The notes under the pieces: generated by a model
Database searches by the model: none
What the model was told of the DNA's origin: nothing
What the model saw: only the letters and a program-made list of their open reading frames with translations
Shown: positions 1 through 12,265 of the stretch, one piece after another
How positions within the stretch are numbered: position 1 is the first letter of the stretch
Layout of the letters: each line of letters opens with the position of its first letter
Assembly: GCA_964016885.1 (NCBI GenBank)
Contig: OZ024740.1
Location: 182,528,001-182,592,000, forward strand
Length of the DNA: 64,000 bases
From: Eledone cirrhosa
Taxonomy: Eukaryota
Reading direction: 5' to 3'
Translations under genes and position numbers: made by a program

Positions 1-182
1 TTTACCAGTCATTCATTTGGATTTGAGACAATATAATATCGGTCCAGGCAGTGGATGTGCAAACTTCTTAGAGCACTGGACAAGATGCCTAGTATGTGTT
101 TCAAAGCTTTGTGATCTAAATTCAAATCCAATCTAGGCATACTTGGAAAATAGATTTAATCAACTGTCTAGTTTAACATCAC

Positions 183-282
183 CTGAACCTTGGGTATCTT
201 GCACAGAGTCAACTCTTTTGCAAGCATTCGGGTCATTTTGGCTCCAGAAATGATCAGGGACACTTCCCTTCCATCAGATTAA
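183..282 (-). CDS. Candidate host-gene exon (5'UTR + start; ATG at 236 gives MTRMLAKELTLCKIPKVQ), gene would continue left out of the window
   Basis: Minus strand reads TTTTCTAATTTTTTACAG| (branch-like CTAAT, polyY, AG) ...CAG|GTGATG; 54 nt in-frame from ATG to donor. Product not recognised. Confidence 0.35.
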
Positions 283-505
283 CTGTAAAAAATTAGAAAA
301 AAATCTAACATGATCAGATTTTTGTTTACATGTTTACATATAGACCAAACTGAGATACATATTCAGAAAACTGTACTTGAAAATCTGCATGGTGCACTCT
401 ATCATATAGTGTTTGGTTTATCGGAGCAAAATGCAAGCAGTCTAGTCTTGGTACACCAGGTTTTCTGTCTAATTGGCTTGGTTATAGCGGGATATCTTTT
501 GAATA

Positions 506-542
506 ACTAGCAGAAAAACCACCTGGGTGGTTTTCTGCTAGT
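506..542. repeat. Short fold-back palindrome
   Basis: ACTAGCAGAAAAACCACC-TG-GGTGGTTTTCTGCTAGT (one 1-nt indel). Confidence 0.8.
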
Positions 543-760
543 ATGTGTAGTGTGTATATTGATATTATACGCAAGTATATATACATGTAAATATGATACA
601 TCAAATAAAATCGTAATTGACAATATAAACAGAAATTTAACGAAGGCGTTGTTACACTGTCTTATGTAATCAGTAACGTAATCCATGATACATTAAAAAA
701 GACGATATTATATATAAACTGCATTAGGAGGAAATTAGTATGTTTATATAAGTGTTGCCA

Positions 761-768
761 CCGGAAGT
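761..768 (+). promoter_or_regulatory. ETS/GABP-type motif CCGGAAGT, possible promoter
   Basis: Exact CCGGAAGT about 480 bp upstream of the candidate minus-strand exon, in CpG-poor DNA; single motif only. Confidence 0.3.
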
Positions 769-945
769 GTTGACATCACACGCTCTCTCTTTCTATATAT
801 ATGGTAGTTGAAGTGGTGGTGACAACGATATACCAGAAGTGCAACTTTGAAAAGAAGTCAATTTTAAATTATTTATTTTTACGAAATTATTTTTGTTTAC
901 GAAATTTAGTAGATAAATTATGTAATATTCATTCATTATTTATTC

Positions 946-1127
946 TTGGCAGTATCGGTAGAGAGTCGGACGCCATGCTTTGACGCATAGAGTTACGACC
1001 CTTGCCATTCTGAGTTCAAATCCTGCCGAGGTTAACTTTGCCTTTCATCCTTACGGGGTCGATAAAATAAAGTACCAGTAATGCACTGGGGTAATTGCTG
1101 TCCTTGTGCTAAAATAGAAACAATTAT
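946..1127 (+). mobile_element. tRNA-derived SINE family A, with 11-bp TSD
   Basis: A box TGGCAGTATCGGTAGA, B box GAGTTCAAATCC, central GCCTTTCATCCTTACGGGGTCGATAAAATAAAGTACCAG; TSD ATTATTTATTC at 935-945 and 1123-1133. Confidence 0.9.
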
Positions 1128-1440
1128 TTATTCAAAGTAATCCAACTTATTTTACTAACGGGTTAAAATAAATAAACCGTACGCAGTCCTGCAGACCTTC
1201 CTTTATTTTAGTTTAGATTGAATACATAATTATCTTCAGATACCTCAAGCTATCAGCATGCTGAAATAAGCAATGAAATGCTGATACATCGTAAGAAAGG
1301 TACTGAAAAAGATATTTTAAAAACAATATTTAAATCTAATGTATCACTTTTACAATTATCTAAGCAAACTATGGCATGAACATTTTGTTGTCCATACCAT
1401 AGTTATTGATATTTTACAATGCTTATGTGTGGAATATAGA

Positions 1441-1590
1441 CACAGTATGACTGAATGAGTGAGAACTTGCTTCACAATTAGGTAATTCCACTATGTGGAA
1501 TCTTCAGCAAGTGTCTTTTAGTACAGCCTTAGGTCATCCCATATCTTGTGAGTGAAATTGAGTAGACAGAATCTATTTGGATGCCACACT
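1441..1590 (+). mobile_element. Decayed tRNA-derived SINE family B
   Basis: Degenerate tRNA-like head then CAAGTGTCTT...CTTGTGAGTGAAATTGAGTAGACAGAA; related fragments near 3735-3810 and 63490-63560 (-). Confidence 0.55.
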
Positions 1591-2359
1591 AAATCTCCCT
1601 TAGAATTATGTTAAGTTAACAGTTGTCTGTGGTATACCCAATCATTTATACAGACATTTATTATATAAGCTATTCCCTTAAGCAAACAATTGAAATACTC
1701 ATTGAGAAAACCGGTGGAGGTCCATTTATTTATATGTGCAGAATGTCTGAGGGTACTTGTCCTATTTTTTAAGCTACTTTGAGAAATTAATGAAATTCTT
1801 GTAGCTAATAAACAGACATGAAATAAGAAGTAGAACTTATTTTATAATTCAAGCGAACTGGAGCATTCAAAATTAGGTCCCTTGTACAGGATTATTGGAA
1901 TAAGAACTTACAAATAGGTTTTACTCCTTTAATTCTATAATACTTTTCACTTCACTTTGTAAGTACTTGGGAGAATTGCTCAAGTGTATAGAAGGTCAAG
2001 GAAGTAATAATACTATATAGTTCTACATATTCTCGGGGTTTTGAGAGAATTCATGGGTTATGTGATTATCATATTAGGCATTGTTCTATCATTGAAGCAT
2101 AACTGGATATTATGTTATTAGTCATTCAAATAACCTGACACAGATGGGTAAGTTTTCAATAGTATTAGATTATAAGATAGTTGATTTGCATTATAGTATT
2201 ATGGGAAATTTCAATGGTGCATTGTTATAAAAATAATTTTGAATACCATTATATTGGTGGAGACCTTTTTAAAAAGATGTAATTATGAATCAGATGTTTG
2301 AATAACATTATTTGAGTGTCTTCGAAAGATTTTACAGTATTAAACAATATTTTTTCAAG

Positions 2360-2730
2360 TGTCTGTGTGTGCCTGTAAATGTATGTGCTTGTGAATAAAT
2401 ATGTGAGAATGTGTGTGCCTGTAAGTGTATATGCTTGTGAATAAATATGTGAGAGTGTGTGTGTGTGTGTGCTTCTAAGTGTATATATATATTTGAGTGT
2501 ATATGTGAGAGTGTGTGTGCTTGCAAGTGTATGTGCTTGTAAATGTGCATCTCATCTGTGTTTGTGCTTGTAATTGTGTATACGTGAAAGTGTGTGTCTG
2601 CTTATAAATAATTGTGCTTGTGAATGAATTTGTGTATGTATGAGTGTGCTTTTAAGTGAGTGTGTGTGTGTTTGCGCTTGTGAGTATGTGGTGTGTGTGT
2701 GTATGTGTGAACATGTGTGTGAGTGAATGT
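2360..2730. repeat. GT-rich degenerate minisatellite (unit about 45 bp)
   Basis: Repeated GTGTGTGCCTGTAAATGTATGTGCTTGTGAATAAATATGTGAGA-like units. Confidence 0.85.
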
Positions 2731-3019
2731 AATATAATACCTCTTAGCTTTGTCTTATCAATAGACTATTGAATTACTTTACAATGGTAATTCCAGAACT
2801 AATGTTACAAAATCTTTGATTCACCAATCATCATCAATATCACAATCTTTTTAATGTCTGCTGCTTTTCCATGCTTGTATGGGTTGCCGGACAAATGTGT
2901 CCAGTCAGAGTGTTACTGCTTGTCATGATAGAATGCTAACATATCTGCAGAACCAGACATCTTGAGATCATATCTAACTACAGTTTTTCCATTCTCTATT
3001 ACAACAGATTTCCGAGGGA

Positions 3020-3142
3020 ACTTAACCTTGTGATGGACCGACATCCTGTCTGAAAGAATGTCTTGTAATCTCAGTCACTTCACACCATGGAAACGGAGAT
3101 AAGCACCAGCCTTATAAGCCCATAGGCTTGAGACAGACTTTA
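3020..3142 (+). mobile_element. 3' part of SINE family C (V-domain-like)
   Basis: CCTTGTGATGGACCGACATCCTGTC...GAGATAAGCACCAG; homologous to the fuller copy at 56127-56400 (-). Confidence 0.55.
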
Positions 3143-3926
3143 AACGTTTTCTCTACACACTGACTGCAAAATGTCATTTCCTGTAATGGAAAAATGGTGA
3201 CATTATAAGACTAGGATCTCTATCATTAAAACACCACAAAAACCTCCTGTGCGATGCACCCTCATAGTTAGCTAGTTATACCAGTGCAGTTATAAGCCTT
3301 AACAACCATAACAGCACTATCCATTTCTAATTCACATTCGTAGTAGCAGAATCATCTCTCCTATATTAGTGATTTTATTAATTCACAGCCACCCTCTTAG
3401 TTGTCTTGCTCCAGAATATATTTAAGTTAACATTGCATGTCATTCTTAGTTCTATTCTCACCAGTTTCAACAGGTATTTACACATTTAAGGTCCATGTCA
3501 CATTACAATGCAACACTATCACACTCTAGAACATGATTCACACTTGAATTCCTTAATGAAATTTATTTCTACTCTTAATCTACAACAATTTGGTGAGTTG
3601 TGAATTGTTTTAGAGCAAGGCTAGATGTACTTATATAACTAGTGGCAGATAGCCAACATTGACAGAAGTAATACATAACTTAAAGAAATTACTTCACAAC
3701 TAAACATTTATATAGTTGTAAGGAAATTTCATCAAATGTCTTCAACTATAGAAAGAAAAAAACAACCAATGACTTTTGAGTAGATGAAAACTGTGAGAAA
3801 GCCTGTTGTTTATTTATGTGTATATATATATATATATATATATACATTCCCGTCTAAACCCATGCTAGTGTGGAAGATAGACGTTAAACGATGATGATGA
3901 TGATGACGATGACGACGCAATCTCTC

Positions 3927-3995
3927 ATATATTTTATCTGATGAAAACGTACTGAAACACCATTGTATCTTTGAAATATGTATAATAAAATATAT
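3927..3995 (+). ncRNA. Minimal type I hammerhead ribozyme motif (decayed, PLE-type)
   Basis: ATATATTTTAT-CTGATGA-stemII(weak)-GAAA-TATGTA-TA-ATAAAATATAT; 11-bp stem I; same layout as 49324-49394. Confidence 0.6.
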
Positions 3996-4050
3996 ATTTT
4001 GGTTATGAAAATATTTTTCATTTATTAATATTTTGAATAATATATATATA

Positions 4051-4247
4051 TAATAATTGTTTCTATTTTTGGCACAAGGCCAACAATTATCCTAGTGTAT
4101 TACTGGTACTTTATTTTATCGACCCCGTAAGGATGAAAGGCAAAGTTAACCTCGGCGGGATTTGAACACAGACCATAAAGGGCCGTATCTCTTTTGCTGC
4201 AAAGCATGGCGTCCGACCCACTAGCGATGCTGCCAATCCACCGCCCT
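4051..4247 (-). mobile_element. SINE family A, full length
   Basis: Reverse complement of GGGCGGTGGATTGGCAGCATCGCTAG...B box...GTCGATAAAATAAAGTACCAG...AGAAACAATTA. Confidence 0.9.
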
Positions 4248-4290
4248 TATATATATAATAACAGTCCTATATATATATATAATAATATAT

Positions 4291-7200
4291 AGGACTGCGA
4301 GCACTCCTCTTTGTTTCGACCGTGGAAGGCTAACATAACCCCATCGCCCCCCGCCCACCACCGCCCCCAACCCCCAAACGCAATCCAAAACTTCAGAGTT
4401 GGTACCATAAATGTAGGCACCTTAAAGGGTCGCGCTAACGAGGTTGTAGAAATGCTTGAACATAAGGAGGTCGATGTTTGTTGTATTCAAGAGACCAGGT
4501 GGAGGGGTGGGTCTGCTAGATTCATTGAGGGTAAAAAACGATGTTATAAGCTTTTCTGGGTGGGAAATGACGATGGGCTGGGTGGAGTAGGTATGATGGT
4601 AGCAGAAAAGTGTGCAGATAAGATAATAGACGTAAATAGAGTGAACGACAGAATAATTAAAATAAGACTTGTCCTCAATAGAACTACGGTGATAGTAATA
4701 TCTGCGTACGCACCCCAATCCGGACTGCCCGGCACTATAAAAGACAGATTCTATGAGACACTGATGCTCACTACCTCCCAAATAACCGACAGTGACTATA
4801 TCATTATCGCAGGCGACCTAAATGGTCACGTTGGACAACATTGTGACGGCTACGACGAAATCCATGGAGGCTATGGGTTTGGTACTAGAAATGAGGAAGG
4901 CTCCAGAATCCTGGAATTCTGTGACGCAAATAACCTAACTATCTGTAACACTAACTTCAAAAAACGTGACAATCACCTGATCACCTATAGATCCGGGGAA
5001 CACACAAGCCAGGTAGATTATATCCTTACCAGAAGACGTGACAGAGTGTCTGTTGTAAACACTAAATCCCTCCCCCATGAAGAATGCACCTCGCAACATA
5101 GACTGATAATTAGCGACCTCATAGTCAGGAGGAGACGTACTCGACAGCAGAAGAGGATTATCCTCAGGAGAAAAATATGGAAGCTAAAGGACCCCACAGC
5201 CAGAAATAAATTTCAAAGCATATTACTTGATGCTTTCGACAGTAAGGAAGAGCATTTAGAGTCGGACAATATAGAGGGACAGTGGGAATTTCTGAAAGCA
5301 AACTGGCTGATGGCGACAGACGAAGTCTATGGCTGGAGCAGGCCTGTAGGCAGGAGGAGAGTAACATGGTGGTTGAACAGTAGGGTGGAGGGGTCAATTA
5401 AGGCCAAAAAGCAGGCTTGGAAAGTATGGCGGGATGGGGGAAGTAGAGAAGAATATCAAGTGGCCAGGAGGGAAGCTAGGAGACAAGTGTACTTTGCAAG
5501 AAGGGAAGCAGAGGAAAGAAAGTTCAAGCATGTTCTACAACGCGAGGACCAAAAACGTGAGGTGTTCAGGATTGCTAGGCAATGTGTCAAGGAAAACCGT
5601 GATATTGTCGGGGAGAAGTGTGTACTTAATGATGACGGCGTACTTGCCATCACCGACGCTGATAAGAAGGTAGCTTGGAAGTGTCACTATGAAAGGCTAC
5701 TAAATAAGGAGAATAAATGGGAGAAAGACAGTCTCCCCCACATCGACCCAATAGAGGGACCAGCAGTGTTAGTCGAGGGTAGTATAATGAGTAAGGCAAT
5801 CAAGGATATGAAAACGGGTAAGGCGGCTGGGCCTTCGGAAATAGTTGCTGAGATGCTGAAGGCATCTGACTCGGTGGGACACACCTTGGTCACCCGGATA
5901 GTTAACCAAGTCGTACAGAATGGGGTTGTTCCGAAGGACTGGCATAGCAGCATCATCGTTAACTGTTATAAGGGTAAAGGAGATGCCCTAGATAGGAGTA
6001 ACTATAGAGGCATTAAACTAATCGACCAGGTCATGAAGGTCACGGAAAAAGTAATAGCGCAACTAATCAGAGAGAGAATTGACCTAGATGAAGTTCGGGT
6101 TTGTGTCAGGCAAAAGTACCACAGACGCTCTTTTCATTGTACGTCAACTACAGGAGAAGAACCTAGCTAAAGGTAAACCCCTCTACTTAGCTTTTGTCGA
6201 CTTGGAGAAAGCCTTCGACAGAGTCCCCCGTTCCATTATCTGGTGGGCCCTTAGAAAACTATGTGTCGACGAATGGCTTGTGAGAGCTATACAAGCCATG
6301 TATAAAGAAACAGTCAGCAAGGTTAGAATTAACAACGAATATAGTGAAGAGTTTAGCGTAAAAGTTGGCGTCCATCAGGGCTCTGTTCTCAGCCCCCTAC
6401 TATTTATTATTGCCCTTCAGGCTATAACAGAGGAGTTCAAGACTGGCTGCCCATGGGAACTCCTATACGCAGAAGACCTGACACTCATAGCTGAATCAAT
6501 GGCCGAGCTAGAGAAGAAATTCCAAACATGGAAGCACGGCCTAGAATCAAAAGGCCTTAAAATTAACCTGGCTAAGACTAAAGTTCTAGTTTGTAGGAAA
6601 GAAAATAAGGCGGCGGTCCCTTCCGGGAAATGGCCATGCTCAGTGTGTAGGAAAGGTGTAGGTAGAAACTCCATTTTATGTCCCAAATGCAAAGTGTGGG
6701 TGCATAAAAGATGTAGTGGGATCACAGGTAAGCTAACTAAGAACATAGATTTTACATGTGGGCGGTGCTCTGGTGCAATAAGTAGCAGCGAGTGCCCACA
6801 AAATACTAATTCTTTCAATTGCCCAGAGGGCTCTATAGAAATAGTGGACAGCTTCCGTTACTTGGGTGACAAAATCAGCAGTGGGGGAGGGTGCTCCGAA
6901 AGTACAGTAGCTAGAGTCAGAACTGGATGGAAAAAGTTCAGAGAGCTTATACCACTATTAGCCACTAAAGGGTTCTCCCTAAAAATGAAAGGCAGGTTGT
7001 ATGATGCCTGCATACGAACAGCAATGTTGCATGGCAGTGAGACCTGGGCATTGTGCGCAGAGGATATACGCAGACTAGAGAGGAACGAAGCTTGCATGCT
7101 CCGCTGGATGTGTAATAGTAATATACGTGAACGGCAAAGCATAAACGAACTAAGGAAAAAATTAGAAATAAGAGGGATCAGATGTTGTTTACTCGAGAGA

Positions 7201-7805
7201 AGGCTACGTTGGTACGGACACGTGATGCGCATGAAAGTCGATAGCTGTATAACAAAGTACAGGGCAATAAAGATAGACGGTAGCCACGGAATAGGCAGAC
7301 CTAGAAAATCCTGGGACGAGCTGATAAACTCCGACCTCACACACTTACACCTCTCCAAGACAATGTCACTGGACCGAGACCTTTGGCGGTACTCAGTAAT
7401 AGAGAAGACCCGCCTTACCTAAATACATAGTAAAACCTACTACAGCCAGTAGGCATCTCTAACAATATACACCCCCGTCCCACCACCCACACCCCATCCA
7501 CACCACCCCTCCTATGTAAAGTTATGTTGGTGCCACAACATCCAGGCCGAAACAAATGAGATCGTGTAGGTGTCACGACAAAAAAACACACAGTCCACGC
7601 TGTAACGTGTAGGCAACACGGTAAAAACCTCCCAGTCCCACACTGTAAATGTGGTTGGTGTTAGGAAGGGCATCCAACTGTAGAAAACCTGCCAGACAGT
7701 CCTATGCGAGCAAGACAATCACTCTTGCCTCAAGTGGGAATACCCCCGTCCAAACCCATGCAAGCGTGGAACACGGACGTTAAACGTTGATGATGATGAT
7801 GATGA
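4291..7805 (+). mobile_element. Near-full-length RTE-clade LINE (family RTE-1) with (GAT)n tail
   Basis: APE (GTINVGTL, CIQETRW, SAYAPQ, GDLNGHVG, VDYI, QHR) + RT (AFVDLEKAFDRVP, GVHQGSVLSPLLF, YAED, FRYLG) + RLRWYGHVMRM; about 380-bp 3'UTR ending AAACGTTGATGATGAT. Confidence 0.97.
4311..7422 (+). pseudogene. RTE endonuclease-reverse transcriptase ORF, frameshifted near 6090 and YADD>YAED
   Basis: ORFs 4311-6170 and 6088-7422 join at DLDE/(Q)FGF through a small deletion; sister copy at 47 kb retains YADD. Confidence 0.93.
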
Positions 7806-8073
7806 TATATATACACACATGTGTTTGACTCCTTATATCTTCATATCCACACAAATTAGAGTAAGTGGTAACATTTTTTTATGTCCTATTTGATTTGAGC
7901 TATACACCCCACAGCTAACTAGTTCCACAATGATGTGTGACATATAGCATATTCTTAAAATAAATAAAACAACAAAATATGGTTTGATACCAAGGTCATC
8001 TAGCCATAGAAAAACTGCCTAAAAAATAACTCCTTCAATCTATGCCAGCATCAGAAATCATATGTAATGATAT

Positions 8074-8238
8074 TTCTTTCTACTTTTGGCACATTACTGG
8101 TACTTTATTTTATCGACCCCGTAAGGATGAAAGGCAAATTTAACCTCGGCGGGATTTGAACTCAGACCGTAAAGGGACATAACTATGCTGGAAAGCATGG
8201 CATGTGACTCTCTACCGATACAGCCAATCCACTGCCCT
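8074..8238 (-). mobile_element. SINE family A (small internal deletion)
   Basis: Matches family A consensus; lacks the AGGCCAGCAATTACCCAGTG segment. Confidence 0.88.
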
Positions 8239-8524
8239 CTATAATGATAATATATGAGTTTTCTTCCAGCTTAATTCTTTATAGCAACAGAAATATGTGT
8301 GCAATGTCTGATGGTACAAAATTGAAACAGAACAGTAAACCCAAGAAAAAAGTTCACATCAATTTTGTACATATTTTAATTAAATAAATGCAAAAGATAG
8401 TATAGCAAATAGAATTGTATCATACTATTGATATTTAACTAGTAAAACATTATCAAAACCTGTTTACATCTAATAAAATTGATATATTGCATTAAAAATT
8501 ATAGAAAGACTTATAACTCCTTCA

Positions 8525-8662
8525 AACCATCTCCAATTGATCCAGCTTGATCGCCAACTCATGTTATCCAACCATCTTCCTCAGGGTCTACTCCTGGGTC
8601 TCCTGCTGGATGGTTCTGCCCAGCGATTCCTTCCTGAAACATTCTAACCTCATGTCCATAAT
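8525..8662 (-). mobile_element. Ancient RTE-like RT C-terminal fragment
   Basis: Minus strand translates YGHEVRM...RPRSRP*GRWLDNM (GHVxRM...RGRPxxRWxD pattern). Confidence 0.5.
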
Positions 8663-10331
8663 ATCAGAGCTATGATCTTATAGCTATAGATCAAATATTA
8701 AATAGGTTTGATATGTAATTTATTTTATGTTCAAATTTAGATAGAATGTTTTTTAATTTTATATGTAATCTTAGTTTTGAATCTTGAATTAAATTTATAC
8801 AGCTACATATGTCATTGACATAGTGAATAGGGCAATTACTGGCTAACATTCGTATTTCAAGCCCCACCACCACTCAATTTCAGTGTAAATGCTTTTAATG
8901 CTGTTGCTCAGACAACATTAATTTTATTCCCCATCAGAGTGTGAAATGAGTGATTAAGCAGATTTAAACAATAACAAGATAAATCAAAAAGCTATTTCTA
9001 TATCATTCTCTAAACCATGCTGTATAATTATGAAGAAATTTAATGCAAAGTTTCTGGTCATGAACATATAATAATAGACTGGTAAATACTTCCATGTCTT
9101 TTGCTGGCTGTTCTCTCAAATATCATTAAATATTCTTCATACAAACCATATTTAACCCAAACTCTGATTCTTGCATCACATATAGCTTTTTCACATTCCA
9201 TATGCTGAGAATAAAGGCAGTGAATTAGCAGAGTTGTTAGGATGTCAGATATAATGCTTTCGGTATTCATTTTGGCTCTCTGTTCAAATCACACTGAGGT
9301 CCACATTGCCTTTCATCCATTCCATGTCAATAAGCAAAGTACCAGTTATTTCTCCCTCTATATCATTTTCTGACTTCCATTCTCCCACTCTCTATTCTTC
9401 TCTGAAAGAAATATACTGTTTTCAGACCAGGAAGGGGTATGGGTTTTGTCAGGTTTTAAAATGCCTTAGAAAGGCTATATATTAATATGGCACTCTTCGA
9501 CTCCCTCAGGAGTTATGGGATTAAAAGAAGAAAGAATATGCTGACAGCAACTACATCAGAGTTATTACAGAAGATATATATAAACATCTATTAATATAAT
9601 ATGTAGCGTGTAATCTGTTTGTGTCGGCCTTGGAACACTAAAATTATCCTCCCTAGATTAAATAGTGAACTGATATATGCACATACAGGCATGCTCATAC
9701 ACACACACATACACATACATGCATGCACATACACATAGACATACACACAGACACATACACATACACACAAGAACTTATCAATGAAGGGCAAATGCTTATG
9801 CCATGTGTTTGAAGTAATATTGCCTTGGAATACACATAGAGATAAAGAAATCTTGCATTTCTCAATTTCTTTTCTTTTCTTCTCAAATACTGCTTTCTTT
9901 AAACTTTTTCAAGTGGACAGATTTTTGTGAAAATGAACTGTAAACCAAAGTAATGTAGTCATAGTGCTGTTTTGTGGTTTCATGTAGTGCAGGAGGCTAA
10001 TAGTTAACACTATATTTGTAATGTTTGAGTATGATCAATATATGATAATATATAACATTACTTATTTATTGGATTTACTTTATCTTATTTTAAGTTAATA
10101 ATTATTTTTCTTTCAAAATTAACATTTATTCCATTACTTTGTATGGACGCCATGAATTTAAAGAAAATTGTAATTATTTAACCTAAAAAATTATCTTGTT
10201 ACATATAGTGACAAAATTACAATCCCCAAATTCCCTGTTATATGACTGGTAACAAATAAGTATCTTTAATAAAGAAGAGCCCTCCAAAAAGCAACACACA
10301 TAAACAAATATCATTATAATCATGTAAAGTA

Positions 10332-10503
10332 GGGCGGTGGATTGGCCGTATTGGTAGAGGGTCGGACGCCATGCTTTGCCACAAAGAGTTACGTCCCTTT
10401 ATGGTCTGAGTTCAAATCCCGCTGAGGTTAACTTTGCCTTTCATCCTTACAGGGTCGATAAAATAAAGCACCTGGCCTTGTGCCAAATGTAGAAACAATT
10501 ATA
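10332..10503 (+). mobile_element. SINE family A, with 16-bp TSD
   Basis: Full head GGGCGGTGGATTGG; TSD ATTATAATCATGTAAA at 10313-10328 and 10498-10513. Confidence 0.92.
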
Positions 10504-12124
10504 ATCATGTAAATATGCTTCTTGACTTTTTGTGTTTACTTTAAATTGTTAAGCCACAGATTTCAATAATATAGAAACGTCCAGCCTGAGTAATCTATAG
10601 GATTCCATAGCAGAAAATGCTCAGTCACATGTGAATAAAAAGGCAAGTAAGGGCCCCTTTTGAGTGGAAGCTAGAAGCCAGAGCATAGGAAATGAAGCTG
10701 TGAAGATTTAGTTTATGTCTGTGGAGGAGGACCTAGAAGAAATGGGCTTGCAACCATGCTGGCAGGAGATCTTTCTTGTCTAATGCTTTAAAGGGACCAG
10801 AAACTAACTTAATGACTAATAGTATCAAAAGCTTCAACTACAGTTAGGAGAGGTGTTTGAGGTTCTCAGTTTGAATCCAGTTTGGTACAATGTAGAAATA
10901 ACTCAACTAGACAATTAAAAATAAATCTATTGAAAAAGTAGCATCAATGTAAATATTAAAACATTTGTCTGAAAAATTATAATCATATACTTTAGTTCCT
11001 AGATTTTATCTATGGCATGGTCCCGTAACTCTTCAGGGAGTTGTGGGGGTGCTGTAGTGGCACATGGCCTTTCTTGAGAATTTTAAGCCTGATGGAACCC
11101 ATCCTTCTCCAGGTCTGTACATAGCATATTCCTTCTAATATATGTTGCTGAGGAGGTGTAATAAAACTGAAACAATTATGAAATAGTGTTTTCTCCCAGC
11201 CCTATAGAAAGATTCAAAATGATATTCGTCAATGAACAATACTGTGTTTTTCCTTACCACAGATTCTTTTCCTTGTAAGCTTTTTGATGCTCCCTGTACT
11301 TTAACTCAGGTGAAGTAGTTCCCTTCTATTGAAATTAATCATTTTACAAATCACAATAATCCTTATGATCATACTTGTCTCAGGTTTCTGAGCTGAACGA
11401 TAGAGGAACTTCCTTGTGGATAAAATGCTATTCTAGAAGCTGGCAAGAAATGGTAGATCTTCTCTAAAAGAACTGGCAAACATAAACCAATAGATTTAAG
11501 TGCCATCTCTAGAGATATTATGAAATGTCTGTCTTGTGACATGAACTACCGAGTCATGAGCTGGATATCCATTATTGTAATCACAAAGATATTTCACCTT
11601 TTCATTATATTACCTTTGAAAAGAAATCCATTTCTTAACAGGTTTTGGACATATTATTTAAAGTGATGTTGGATCCCATTAGAATATATTATAGAATGTA
11701 CAAATATTTAGATCTATGAATTATGTCAACTTACATAAATCATTTCCAATCCTTAAAAGGAAAGTAGAGATATAAACGAAAAAAAAAACAACACATTTTT
11801 TCACTATAAATGTTAATATCTCCAAGAAGGCTGGATAAACAAATTGGATTTTTAGAAATTTGGATATTTTTATAGATCAGCATATACAACACAAATAAAA
11901 AGCAAAATGAGGGATATTTTTAAATGGGAGGTGAGCCGTGCTAGAAACTGCAGCAAATCTTCCTGACATCATTCCCTAAGAACATAAAAGGAAGGTCATT
12001 CCATATACCTTGTATAATATACTCTTAGAAATATTGACTTAAAAGAATGGGAGAGTATGACTTGGTGTTAGAGAACAACATTTCAAATGTACTCAGAGAA
12101 CATCAATAATGTGTTGTTTCTTTC

Positions 12125-12265
12125 TTTCTACCTATCCATCTATCAATTTACCTATCAACCTACATATCTACCTACCTACCTAGTTATCTACCTAATGACC
12201 TACCTACCAACCAACCTGCCTATCTACATATTTACCTACCTACTTATCTATCTATTTATCTATGT
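12125..12265. repeat. (CTAC/CTAT)n tetranucleotide microsatellite
   Basis: Direct reading. Confidence 0.85.

Noticed and set aside
946-1030. tRNA-like A/B boxes as real tRNA genes
   Set aside because: Multicopy, with SINE body, tail and TSDs; no cloverleaf
4422-7358. Minus-strand ORFs over the RTE (and similar antisense ORFs over other RTE/PLE copies)
   Set aside because: Antisense shadows of the TE reading frame
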